Shown: one piece after another, positions 38,237 through 47,149 of the stretch
How positions within the stretch are numbered: the stretch's first letter is position 1
How the letters are laid out: the number at the start of each line of letters is the position of its first letter
DNA from: Candidatus Omnitrophota bacterium
GTDB taxonomy: Bacteria > Omnitrophota > Gorgyraeia > Zapsychrales > JAHFFX01
Direction: 5' to 3'
Assembly: GCA_023247725.1 (NCBI GenBank)
Contig: JAHFFW010000016.1
Location: 1 to 58,244 of the forward strand
DNA: 58,244 nucleotides
Made by a program: the position numbers and the translations under genes
The notes under the pieces: generated by a model
What the model was told of the DNA's origin: nothing
The model's database searches: none
Seen by the model: the letters and a program-made list of their open reading frames with translations, nothing else

Positions 38237-38965
38237 ATGAGAAATTCTGAAATCGCCATCGCCCTTTCCAAAGTCACCAAATTCTACCAAAAATTTCAGG
38301 CCCTCGATAATGTCTCCTTTGAAGTCAAGCGCGGAGATTTTTTTGCTTTTTTGGGCCCGAATGGGGCTGGCAAAACGACGACCATCAACTGCCTTACCGG
38401 TTTATCCAATCATCAATCCGGCGAAATTCAGGTTTTCGGTTACGATACGACCCGCGAGTACATTCATTCCCGACGGCTCATTGGCCTGTGTTCTCAGGAA
38501 TTCAATTTTGATCCTTTTTTGACCCTGCACCAATTGCTGGTATACCAGGCCGGTTATTTTGGCATCCTTCCTTGGGAAGCTGCCCGGCGGGCGGATCGAC
38601 TGTTAGAACGTTTTCAGCTAACCGAGAAACGCAATTGCAAGCACCGGGCCCTTTCCAGCGGCATGAAAAAACGCCTCCTCTTGTGCCGGGCCCTCATTCA
38701 TGATCCGGAAATTTTGATCCTGGATGAACCAACTTCTGGTTGCGACTTGGAACTGAAATTCCTCACTTGGGATTATCTGACTCAGTTGAACAAAGAAGGT
38801 AAAACGATTTTCCTGACCACCCATTATATGGAAGAAGCAGAAAAACTTTGCAAAACAATCGGCATCATCAATCACGGCAGAATCGTCCGCATCGGTGATA
38901 AGAAAAGCGTCTTGCAGGACAAATCTCTCGAAGCGGTGTTTTTGGAAGTCACAGGGCCGGAATAG
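38237..38965 (+). CDS. ABC-2 type transporter ATP-binding protein (YadG-like)
   Basis: GPNGAGKT, LSSGMKKR, LILDEPT, TTHY. Confidence 0.93.
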   Translation: MRNSEIAIALSKVTKFYQKFQALDNVSFEVKRGDFFAFLGPNGAGKTTTINCLTGLSNHQSGEIQVFGYDTTREYIHSRRLIGLCSQEFNFDPFLTLHQLLVYQAGYFGILPWEAARRADRLLERFQLTEKRNCKHRALSSGMKKRLLLCRALIHDPEILILDEPTSGCDLELKFLTWDYLTQLNKEGKTIFLTTHYMEEAEKLCKTIGIINHGRIVRIGDKKSVLQDKSLEAVFLEVTGPE

Positions 38966-38967
38966 CA

Positions 38968-39060
38968 AGAGGTTGCAAAGGTTGCTTCAACCATTCGTTG
39001 GATTTTAAAAGAAACCTCCATAACCTCCTCTACAACCTTAATAACATTTTCAACCTTTCA
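38968..39060. repeat. Inverted pair of ~9 bp degenerate tandem repeats
   Basis: AGGTTGCAA AGGTTGC, then AACCTCCAT AACCTC, AACCTTAAT AACATTTTC AACCTTTC. Confidence 0.65.
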
Positions 39061-39075
39061 TCGCTGGATTTTTCC

Positions 39076-39846
39076 ATGATCATCAACCCCGTCGGGACTG
39101 CATCGTTATCCAAACGCGAAATTTTACGATTCCTTTCCGTTGCCAGCCAAACGATCTTTCCTCCGATTGTGACCTCCATGCTTTTTATGTACATCTTTGG
39201 CGTGGCCTTAGGCCAGCGGATTGATTTTAGTCGGATGGGGATGACCTATTTGCAATTCATTGTGCCGGGGATTATGACCATGCATTTGATTTCCAGTTCT
39301 TACGAAAATACAAGCTCTTCGCTATTTATTGCCCGATGGCACAATCACATTCAAGAAGTGCTTCTGGCTCCTCTCTCCTATTTTGAGATGGTCCTGGGTC
39401 TCTTGGCCGGGGGGGTGGCCCGAGGCTTTTTGGTTGTATGCGGGGTTTTTCTTGCCGCCACCATATTTGTTCCGGTTGCCATTCCTCATCCGGTTGTTTT
39501 ATTGTACTTCATTTTGTCCATCTCGGTCATCTTCGCGTGCGCCGGCATGATTGGGGCGCTCTGGGCCGAGGATTTTAGTATGCTGAATCTTTGGCATGTG
39601 TATTTGATTGTCCCGCTCATTTTTATGGGTGGGGTTTTTCACCCGATTGAAATTTTGCCGCGTTCCATCCAAATCATCTCTGTCTTTAACCCCATGTACT
39701 ATCTCGTCAATGGCATGCGCTACAGTATGACCGGAATGACCGAGGTTCCCCTGGCCCAATGTGTCGTGTTCAGTTTTTTTATGGCGTTGCTTTTCTTTTT
39801 TGTCACGGTCTACCTCTTCAAAATCGGCTATAAGTTAAGAACCTGA
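39076..39846 (+). CDS. ABC-2 type permease (YadH-like)
   Basis: REILRF...QTIFPP, YLQFIVPG, GGVF, NPMYYLVNGMRY; start reassigned to ATG 39076. Confidence 0.92.
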   Translation: MIINPVGTASLSKREILRFLSVASQTIFPPIVTSMLFMYIFGVALGQRIDFSRMGMTYLQFIVPGIMTMHLISSSYENTSSSLFIARWHNHIQEVLLAPLSYFEMVLGLLAGGVARGFLVVCGVFLAATIFVPVAIPHPVVLLYFILSISVIFACAGMIGALWAEDFSMLNLWHVYLIVPLIFMGGVFHPIEILPRSIQIISVFNPMYYLVNGMRYSMTGMTEVPLAQCVVFSFFMALLFFFVTVYLFKIGYKLRT

Positions 39847-39882
39847 TTCTGGCATTTTATTAGCCCGCGAGGATTGGATCAC

Positions 39883-40564
39883 ATGGCCGAAGAATTCAAT
39901 TCCAACCCTCATCCGCGCCAAGATCAAGAAAGCCCAAAAGGCCCAATTGTCCGGGGGGAAAATTTCTCAAGGGCCCATGGATGGCAGCGGCCCGCCCAAT
40001 CGCCACGGCATGCCCAAACTCCCTCCGGGCCAGCGCGAGGTTCCCAACTGGCCTGTTTTAGATCTCGGCGTCAAGCCAATCATTTCCCTGAAGGATTGGA
40101 AGCTGGAGGTGAAAGGAGAAGTTGAAAATCCTTATTCGTTGTCGTGGGAAGAATTCCTGGCTCTGCCCCAAGTTAGTGATATCTCCGATTTTCATTGTGT
40201 AACGAGTTGGAGCCGGATGGATAATCATTGGAAGGGAGTTCAATTAAAGACCTTGGCACAAAAAGCACTCCCTAAGCCAACTGCAAAATTTATTTACTGC
40301 ACCGGCTATGACGGTTATTCTACAAATCTCCGTCTAGAAGAATGCCTGGATGAGGATGTCCTTTTGGTTCATACTTGGGAAGGCCAACGACTGCCCATCG
40401 AGCATGGTGGTCCGGTTCGGATGATCACACCGAGGAAATATGCCTGGAAGGGCAGCAAGTGGATTAAGGAAATTATTTTCCTGGCTCAGGAGCAGCTAGG
40501 ATTCTGGGAATTGCGCGGGTATTCGAATACCGCCGAGCCCTGGGACAATGATCGTTATTCCTGA
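39883..40564 (+). CDS. Sulfite oxidase-like molybdopterin oxidoreductase (probable +1 frameshift near the start)
   Basis: LPPGQ...WPVLDLG, DFHCVTSWS, EHGGPVR, WKGSKW, GFWELRGY. The RBS-led ATG at 39883 is out of frame with the catalytic ORF 39947..40564. Confidence 0.8.
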
Positions 40565-40854
40565 CCTTCTTTGAGGTTTCTTTCAATGTATTCCTGCGCG
40601 GTGTAGGCGCAAATAGCCAAGGCGTGGATCTCGCTTTCGAGCTCGGATTGAAGGCAGGCATAAATCTGCCGGTGCCGCTCGAGGAAAGAAGTATGCCGGA
40701 AATGATCCGACACAATGAGAACCGAAAAATGCGTGCCCCCGGCCGAGGCCGCCTCCAGATGATTGGCATGCAAGTGACTGTCGTCTTTAACTTCCAGGAA
40801 GACTGGTCGGAATTCCCGGTTCAATAATTCGTTGACACGTTCGATGGTTGGCAT
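40555..40854 (-). CDS. BolA family protein
   Basis: DDSHLHANH, THF, ERHRQIY, IHALAI; start reassigned to ATG 40854. Confidence 0.9.
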   Translation of the reverse strand: MPTIERVNELLNREFRPVFLEVKDDSHLHANHLEAASAGGTHFSVLIVSDHFRHTSFLERHRQIYACLQSELESEIHALAICAYTAQEYIERNLKEGQE

Positions 40855-40896
40855 ATTTTCCTTTAATTTTAGTTTAACACAGTTCCCTTTTCCAAA

Positions 40897-42123
40897 ATGA
40901 ATCTTTCTTTGAACGTGCAAATCCTGATTGGCACCATTGCGGGGATCCTTGGCGGATTGGCCTTATCTTTCTTAAGTCCCTCCTCTGTTTTTTATGCATC
41001 GGTCATTTATGTCTGCGATATTCTTGCCGGCTTATTTGTGAATCTTCTCAAGATGATTCTTATTCCGCTCATTTTTACTTCGGTCGCCGCTGGAATTGCG
41101 AATCTGAGTACTCACCGGCAAATAAAAAAAGTCTGGACGTACACCTTAATTTATTTCGGATTCTCCTCAATGGTGGCTGCCACTCTAGGGCTGACAGCGA
41201 TGAATGTGTTTAAACCGGGCTTTGGCTTACATATCTTTTCGGCCTCGCCGGAATTAAAAGCGACACAAATGACCCTGGCTCAATTCATACAGTCGTTTCT
41301 ATCCGGCCTGTTCGTGAACCCCGTGAGCGCCATGGCCCAGGGCAATATTCTAGCGACGGTTGTTTTTGCCTTTTTTATGGGGGCCGCCTTAATTGCTTTT
41401 CGTGAGCGGACAACAACATTGTTCCGGCTTTTGAATGAAATTGTCGACATCATCATGCTCATGGTCCAATGGATCATGCGGTTAGCGCCATGGGGGATCA
41501 TGGCTTTATTGATCAAACTGATGGCCACTGCGGATTTCGCGCTGTTCCGTGCAATGGGAACATTTATGGCGGTGGTCTTGGGTTCGACCATGATCCACGG
41601 GTTCATCATTCTGCCCGCGGTTCTTTATTGGCTGACGAAAAAAACGCCGCTGTTCTTCTTTAAAGGATTTTATGAAGCCCTCATCACCGCCTTTACGACC
41701 AGTTCCAGCAATGTCACGCTGCCCGTCAGCATTCGTTGTGCCCGGGAAAAACTGAACATCGATCAAGAAATCAGTGGATTCGTCTTTCCGCTGGGCGCGA
41801 CGGTGAATATGGACGGAACCGCGCTTTACGAAGCCGCCGCTGCCCTGTTCGTGGCCAATGTAGTGGGCGTGCATTTGAATCTCGTGCAGCAGATCATTGT
41901 GGTGTTGATGGCGGTCGTCGCCTCCATCGGCGCTCCGGGAATTCCCAGTGCGGGGATGGTCACCATGCTCATGGTTTTGCAAGCCGTCGGTCTTCCCATT
42001 GAGGCTATTTCTCTCTTATTACCCATCGATCGGTTTCTCGATACCTTCCGCACCATGGTCAATGTCGAGGGTGATGCGGTCTGCAGTTTAATCGTTCAGC
42101 ATCTCGTGAAGGAAAACCCCTGA
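40897..42123 (+). CDS. Dicarboxylate/amino acid:cation symporter (DAACS)
   Basis: AFTTSSS..TLP, GATVNMDGTALYE, DRFLDTFRTMVNVEGD. Confidence 0.93.
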   Translation: MNLSLNVQILIGTIAGILGGLALSFLSPSSVFYASVIYVCDILAGLFVNLLKMILIPLIFTSVAAGIANLSTHRQIKKVWTYTLIYFGFSSMVAATLGLTAMNVFKPGFGLHIFSASPELKATQMTLAQFIQSFLSGLFVNPVSAMAQGNILATVVFAFFMGAALIAFRERTTTLFRLLNEIVDIIMLMVQWIMRLAPWGIMALLIKLMATADFALFRAMGTFMAVVLGSTMIHGFIILPAVLYWLTKKTPLFFFKGFYEALITAFTTSSSNVTLPVSIRCAREKLNIDQEISGFVFPLGATVNMDGTALYEAAAALFVANVVGVHLNLVQQIIVVLMAVVASIGAPGIPSAGMVTMLMVLQAVGLPIEAISLLLPIDRFLDTFRTMVNVEGDAVCSLIVQHLVKENP

Positions 42124-42125
42124 TT

Positions 42126-42171
42126 CATCCGGCGTCGCTCCAAATCTTTCGATGGGGGAGCTTCGCCGGAT
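42126..42171. terminator. Hairpin/REP-like palindrome downstream of the symporter
   Basis: CATCCGGCG..GCTCC ... GGAGC..CGCCGGATG. Confidence 0.45.
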
Positions 42172-42462
42172 GCCCGGCGAAACTGCACGCGAAAGCAATG
42201 AAGCGAAGAAGGACACTTTGGCAAAAGACGGGTCATACTAAGGTGCCGCGGGCTCTGTCTGTGGGGTTCCATTCCTTCAGTAAAAATCAATTGGCCAAAT
42301 AAAATTGATCCGTGGCGGATTTTCCAAACTCGACAAGGGAACATTTTTGTGTCATATTAGGGCTGGCCAAAACTCGCTCAATTTCTTAAAAGTCATTCGG
42401 CGGGTTACCGGCCCGGCGTCATTTGAGATTTTGGGATGAGCCAGTGATGTGAGGTAAAACGG

Positions 42463-43752
42463 ATGGTCCAGGTGCAACAGATCAATCAAAGCCAATGCGG
42501 CAAAATCCTTATCGAGCATCTCAGAGAAAAACAGAGCGCGATTCTTTCGTGGCTCAAGGCTCACGAGACATCGAAAGAGCTGCCTTTGTATTCTTCGGTT
42601 GATATCCGCGATGCCTGTTTTAAAATCGCGGTCGTCGACACCAATCTTTTCCCCGCTGGATTTAATAATTTGTGTGAGCATGGCATCGCGGATGCCAGCA
42701 AATATCTCCGGCAAGCGGTTTTGGAACGTGTTCCCTCTTGTCGCGATATCTTGATTGTGGCAGAAGATCATACCCGTAACACCTGGTATCTGGAAAATAT
42801 TCGCGTCATCAAAGAAATCACTCAAAACGCTGGTTTTGCGGTCAAGATCGCCATGTTCTTTGACATTCAACCAGAATTTTGCGAAAACGGCGGATCTGTT
42901 CAATTAGAAACAGCGACGAAGAAGCTCGTCCGAATTCATTGCTTACGAAGACTTCTGGAAAAATTTCCGGTCGATCAACCGCATTTTGATCTTATCATCC
43001 TCAATAACGATTTGACCGGCGGTATTCCGCAAATTTTAAAAGAATCCCAAATCCCGATTTATCCTTCGATTCAAGCCGGATGGCACTCCCGATCCAAGTC
43101 GCGGCACTTCAAACTAGCCAATGAATTGTTAAAGGAATTCGCCAAAATCATTAACATGGATCCGTGGTTCTTTTCTTGCCTGTATCGAACGATCGATCAG
43201 GTGGATATCAACCAAGAGGCGGATCGCCAGAAAATCAAATTATTGGCCAATGATTTGTTTGAAGAGATCAAGCATAAATACCGTCAGCATCGGATTGAAG
43301 AAAAACCGTTTATCTTTATCAAATCTGATTCCGGAACCTATGGCATGAATGTTGTCCCTATTGAAGACCCACAAGATATTCTGGAATTGAACCGCCGCGC
43401 CCGCAACAATCTCTCGAAGGGCAAGAGCGCGCAGGTCATTGACCGCTTTCTTCTCCAGGAAGGGGTTCCGACGGCGTACCAGATTGGTGATCAGGTCAGC
43501 GAAGCCTGCGTCTATCAAATCACCAATAATATGGTGGGGGGATTTTATCGCAGTAACGCCGCCAAATCTGAACGAGAAAACCTCAATAGTCCGGGAATGG
43601 AACTTAAAACCATGTGCCCCCACCTTCCGAAATACGGCCTGGATGAGATTCATCCCGATGTCAATATCTTCGATGTTTACCGCGTTCTCGCCCGCATTGC
43701 GGGAATTGCGGCCCACCGCGAAATCGTCCAGATGGAGCAGGATAAAGAATGA
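42463..43752 (+). CDS. gshA: Glutamate--cysteine ligase (Acidithiobacillus/betaproteobacterial type)
   Basis: PLYSSVDIR..FKIAVVDTNLFPAGFNNL, EDHTRN, LNNDL, GTYGM, QEGVPT, NLNSPGM; overlaps gshB. Confidence 0.9.
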   Translation: MVQVQQINQSQCGKILIEHLREKQSAILSWLKAHETSKELPLYSSVDIRDACFKIAVVDTNLFPAGFNNLCEHGIADASKYLRQAVLERVPSCRDILIVAEDHTRNTWYLENIRVIKEITQNAGFAVKIAMFFDIQPEFCENGGSVQLETATKKLVRIHCLRRLLEKFPVDQPHFDLIILNNDLTGGIPQILKESQIPIYPSIQAGWHSRSKSRHFKLANELLKEFAKIINMDPWFFSCLYRTIDQVDINQEADRQKIKLLANDLFEEIKHKYRQHRIEEKPFIFIKSDSGTYGMNVVPIEDPQDILELNRRARNNLSKGKSAQVIDRFLLQEGVPTAYQIGDQVSEACVYQITNNMVGGFYRSNAAKSERENLNSPGMELKTMCPHLPKYGLDEIHPDVNIFDVYRVLARIAGIAAHREIVQMEQDKE

Positions 43753-44714
43753 ATTTCGTTTTTCTGATGGACCCCTTGAGCAGCGTCATCATGGAAAAAG
43801 ACACCTCTTTTGCACTGATGCTGGGGGCTCAGGAACGTGGTCATGCCGTCTTCTTTGTCACCGATGGAGGCGTGAATCTTTTAAACGGAAAAATTTATTT
43901 TCAGGCCCAATCGATCGTCGCGCAAAAAGTCCCCGAACAACCCTTTATTCGCCAACGCGCCCTCGAGCTTCCTGCCGAAGAAGTCAATGCCGTTTTTGTC
44001 CGAAGCGATCCGCCCTTTGATTATCAATATCTGCTGAACACTTGGTTGTTAGACCGTTTGCCATCCTGGATTCCTGCTATCAATAGCCCCGCTGGATTGC
44101 GTAGCGTCAATGAGAAACTCTGGTTAACCCAGTTCCCTTCTCTGACGCCGCGGACATTGATTAGTCGAAACCGCCAGGACATCATCATTTTTTTTAATGC
44201 CGAGAAAAAAATGATCGCCAAGCCCACGGATAACTATGGGGGCTTTGCGGTCTTTTTGGTCGAACACAATGACCCCAATGCGAATGTGATTTTGGAAACA
44301 TTGACCGCGGGATGGACGAGAGAAATCATTGTACAGCAATATGTCCCAGAAGCCCGGAAAGGCGATAAACGAATTCTGATTTTAGATGGCGAACCATTGG
44401 GAGCGGTCTTGCGGGTTCACGCCCCCGATGATCACCGTAATAATTTTTTCTCCGGCGGCAAACCGCATGCGTGTGACATAACCGCCAGGGATCGGGAAAT
44501 CATTTCTGTCCTGCGCCCGCATTTAGCGCGCCTGGGATTGTATTTCGTGGGGATTGATATTCTGGGCGATTACTTGACGGAGGTCAATGTCACCTCTCCG
44601 ACGTGCCTGCAGGAAATGAATCGCCTCTATGATCTGAAATTGGAGTTAAAAGTTATTGAGTTTGCCGAAAGATTGGTTGACCGCCTCCGGCGCGAAAGTA
44701 CAATAAAAGCCTGA
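43749..44714 (+). CDS. gshB: Glutathione synthetase
   Basis: MDP....KDTS, RSDPPFD, NEKL, GDKRILI, TEVNVTSPT. Confidence 0.95.
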   Translation: MNFVFLMDPLSSVIMEKDTSFALMLGAQERGHAVFFVTDGGVNLLNGKIYFQAQSIVAQKVPEQPFIRQRALELPAEEVNAVFVRSDPPFDYQYLLNTWLLDRLPSWIPAINSPAGLRSVNEKLWLTQFPSLTPRTLISRNRQDIIIFFNAEKKMIAKPTDNYGGFAVFLVEHNDPNANVILETLTAGWTREIIVQQYVPEARKGDKRILILDGEPLGAVLRVHAPDDHRNNFFSGGKPHACDITARDREIISVLRPHLARLGLYFVGIDILGDYLTEVNVTSPTCLQEMNRLYDLKLELKVIEFAERLVDRLRRESTIKA

Positions 44715-44743
44715 CATTGTTTGATTGGCCAAGTTGAACGAAC

Positions 44744-44983
44744 ATGCCAAAGTTGTCGTTTTACTATTTTGAAGGCTGTCCATACTGCGCCCGGGTTCGT
44801 GATTATATGGCTAAAAATAATATCGCCATTCCCCTCAAAGATATCCGGAAAAATCCTTCGGACCGTGATGAACTGATCCGGATTGGCGGAAAGAATCAGG
44901 TTCCGTGTCTGGTGATTGATGACAAGCCACTCTATGAGTCGACGGATATCATTGCGTGGCTAAAAAAGAATTGGAAAGGATGA
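44744..44983 (+). CDS. Dithiol glutaredoxin
   Basis: CPYC, GGKNQVPCL, YESTDI. Confidence 0.9.
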   Translation: MPKLSFYYFEGCPYCARVRDYMAKNNIAIPLKDIRKNPSDRDELIRIGGKNQVPCLVIDDKPLYESTDIIAWLKKNWKG

Positions 44984-44990
44984 GCCAGCC

Positions 44991-45248
44991 ATGACGCTTG
45001 AGGACATGAAGCGCACGATTGAAACAGCCATCCCGCAGTCGGCTGCCTACATTTTGGATCCGATGAATGATGGACAGCATCTGCAAGCCTTTGTCGTTAG
45101 TCCAATCTTCGAAGGATTACCTTTGTTTAAACAACAGCAGATGGTGATGAAGGCTCTCAAAAATGCCTTTGACAGCGTCCATGCCTTGGGATTAAAGACG
45201 TTCACCCCAACCGAATGGCAGACTGCGCGACTAAAATACGGATTATGA
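44991..45248 (+). CDS. BolA/IbaG family protein
   Basis: DGQHLQA.VVS..F, VHALGLKT.TP. Confidence 0.88.
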   Translation: MTLEDMKRTIETAIPQSAAYILDPMNDGQHLQAFVVSPIFEGLPLFKQQQMVMKALKNAFDSVHALGLKTFTPTEWQTARLKYGL

Positions 45249-45291
45249 ACCTCCCTGGCTTTTGCAGGCGTGTGAAATTTTTGGGAGGTTC

Positions 45292-45336
45292 ATTCCTTCG
45301 TAGCTCAACGCGAAGCAATGGAGCGAAGGAGAATAA
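45292..45336. repeat. REP-like palindromic unit
   Basis: ATTCCTTCGTAGC...GCGAAGGAGAATAA; shares ends with 25865-25906 and its core with 42187-42211. Confidence 0.55.
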
Positions 45337-45357
45337 ATGACTACACGGAGGTTTTAG

Positions 45358-45666
45358 ATGGAAATCAAGGAAACGATCCAGAAGGACATCACCGACAACA
45401 AAGTCATGATCTATATGAAAGGCACACCGGATTTTCCCCAATGCGGATTTTCTGCTCAGACCATCAATGTTTTTAAATCCTATAGCGTCCCGTTTGGTGC
45501 GCGCAATGTCCTAGAAGATCCGAATTTGCGCCAAGGGATCAAAGATTTTACTGATTGGCCGACGATTCCGCAGGTCTTTATTGGCGGGGAATTTATCGGC
45601 GGTTGCGACATCATCATGCAGATGCATCAGAATGGAGAATTAAAAAAACTGTTGGAAAAGATTTGA
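45358..45666 (+). CDS. grxD: Monothiol glutaredoxin
   Basis: MKGTP..PQCGFS, WPTIPQ, GGCDI. Confidence 0.95.
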   Translation: MEIKETIQKDITDNKVMIYMKGTPDFPQCGFSAQTINVFKSYSVPFGARNVLEDPNLRQGIKDFTDWPTIPQVFIGGEFIGGCDIIMQMHQNGELKKLLEKI

Positions 45667-45679
45667 TTTCACTTAAAGT

Positions 45680-45763
45680 CACGAGGAACGAAGGACGATC
45701 GCTTCGCTAGGACGATGGACGAGAAGCCTTCGCGTCCCTCGTCCCACATCCCTCATCCTTCGA
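45680..45763. repeat. Inverted pair of GGACGA/CGTCC heptamer repeats overlapping the Mrp 3' end
   Basis: ACGAGGA ACGAAGG ACGA, GGACGAT GGACGA, then CGTCCCT CGTCCCA CATCCCT CATCCTT. Confidence 0.7.
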
Positions 45764-47068
45764 ATGAGGGATTTCCCTAATTGTCTTGTACGGGTAAATC
45801 CCCGACGTATGGCCATCATTCCAGTTGATCCCGATCGCATAATTGCCTAAAGGGAAAATCTCTTTTGGTTTAATATCGGCCTGGACATGTTCCGGTAAAA
45901 GTTTTTGATTTCCGGTTAGTTCATCCACACATAACGCGCAGCGGCAACTTAAACGCAAATCTCGGTTCGAAACTTTAAGTTCTTCCCCATTCGACCATTT
46001 GAGATAAGTAAACCGATCATCAAAGCGGATCTGGGGAATTTCTTTCCGGCTGATCCTGGTCTTTCCATGAGCCCGCACCACCTGATCCACGGCTTCTTGA
46101 ATCAAAGGGTTTTCAATCTGTGCGTCGAGAGACGTGGTCAGTTCCTTGAGAAGTGGAATCTGGGCTAGCGTCGGCAGACCAAATCGCTCTTCCAGCGTGG
46201 TTGACTGACTTCCCCCAAAAATGTAATGCCTTTTTTGGCATTGATCGCAGATAAAGTAAGACATATTCTCGATGATTCCAAGAATGGGGATATCCACCTT
46301 CTCGAACATGAGGATCCCGCGGGATACATCCACTAAGGATAACGTTTGCCGGGTGGTGACAATGACCGCCCCGCTTATGCGCACGGCCTGCGTGATGGTC
46401 AATTGGATGTCTCCCGTTCCCGGCGGCATGTCAAGGAAAAGATAATCGAGCTCTCCCCAGGCGGTATTGTGCAGCAATTGCTGAATGTAACGCGACACAA
46501 TAGGCCCGCGCAAAACCGCCGGCGCATCGCCTAAAAGAAAACCAAAAGACATCACCTTCAGGGAATGGTGTTGGAGCGGAATAAATTGATTTTTATCATT
46601 GACGTAAATGGTCACATGACGCAAGTTGAATAAGGAAGGAATCGACGGCCCATAAATGTCCGTATCCAATAAGCCAACCCGGAATCCTCGTTTGGCTAAG
46701 GCGAGCGCCAAACATCCACTAACGGTGGACTTGCCCACTCCGCCTTTCGCCGAAGAAACCGCAATGATCGATTGGACGCTGGTCAAACCGCTCTGTTGAA
46801 TGTCCGTCGCTGAACCTTGCGACCGAGGGGTCGCAGTCATATGGACCTTGACTGTGCGCACTCCGGGAAGCTGACGCACGGCCTCTTGTGCTTGAGTTTG
46901 GAATTCGGTTTTGACCGGGCAGGCGGGGGTTGTCAGGTCAATATCAAAAGCGACGTTGCCGTCATTGATGGATAAATTTTTAATGAATCCCAGGGACACG
47001 ATGTCCTTTTGAAAGTCCGGATCAATGATGTTTTTTAAGGCGCCGAGAATTTCTTGTTCGGTGGGCAT
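45707..47068 (-). CDS. Mrp/ApbC Fe-S carrier ATPase with N-terminal DUF59 and C-terminal DUF971 (HCF101-like)
   Basis: DPDFQKDIVSLG, TTPACP, KGGVGKST, DMPPGTGD, ENMS..CDQC, CRCALC...GNYA...DGHTSGIY. Confidence 0.9.
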   Translation of the reverse strand: MPTEQEILGALKNIIDPDFQKDIVSLGFIKNLSINDGNVAFDIDLTTPACPVKTEFQTQAQEAVRQLPGVRTVKVHMTATPRSQGSATDIQQSGLTSVQSIIAVSSAKGGVGKSTVSGCLALALAKRGFRVGLLDTDIYGPSIPSLFNLRHVTIYVNDKNQFIPLQHHSLKVMSFGFLLGDAPAVLRGPIVSRYIQQLLHNTAWGELDYLFLDMPPGTGDIQLTITQAVRISGAVIVTTRQTLSLVDVSRGILMFEKVDIPILGIIENMSYFICDQCQKRHYIFGGSQSTTLEERFGLPTLAQIPLLKELTTSLDAQIENPLIQEAVDQVVRAHGKTRISRKEIPQIRFDDRFTYLKWSNGEELKVSNRDLRLSCRCALCVDELTGNQKLLPEHVQADIKPKEIFPLGNYAIGINWNDGHTSGIYPYKTIREIPHSKDEGCGTRDAKASRPSS

Positions 47069-47098
47069 GGCTTCTGTTTTTTTCTAAAGATAATGCGA

Positions 47099-47142
47099 GG
47101 GCGGCGCCCCGCCGCACTTTAAAGCTGGGCGGGGCGCCGCCC
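47099..47142. repeat. Perfect 15-bp-stem palindrome between co-oriented genes
   Basis: GGGCGGCGCCCCGCC-N14-GGCGGGGCGCCGCCC. Confidence 0.75.
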
Positions 47143-47149
47143 CGAATTT

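Noticed and set aside
42172-42462. Riboswitch or ncRNA upstream of gshA
   Set aside because: No recognisable aptamer consensus; only REP-like pieces and a weak ATCAATT/AATTGAT inverted repeat. An Rfam scan would settle it.
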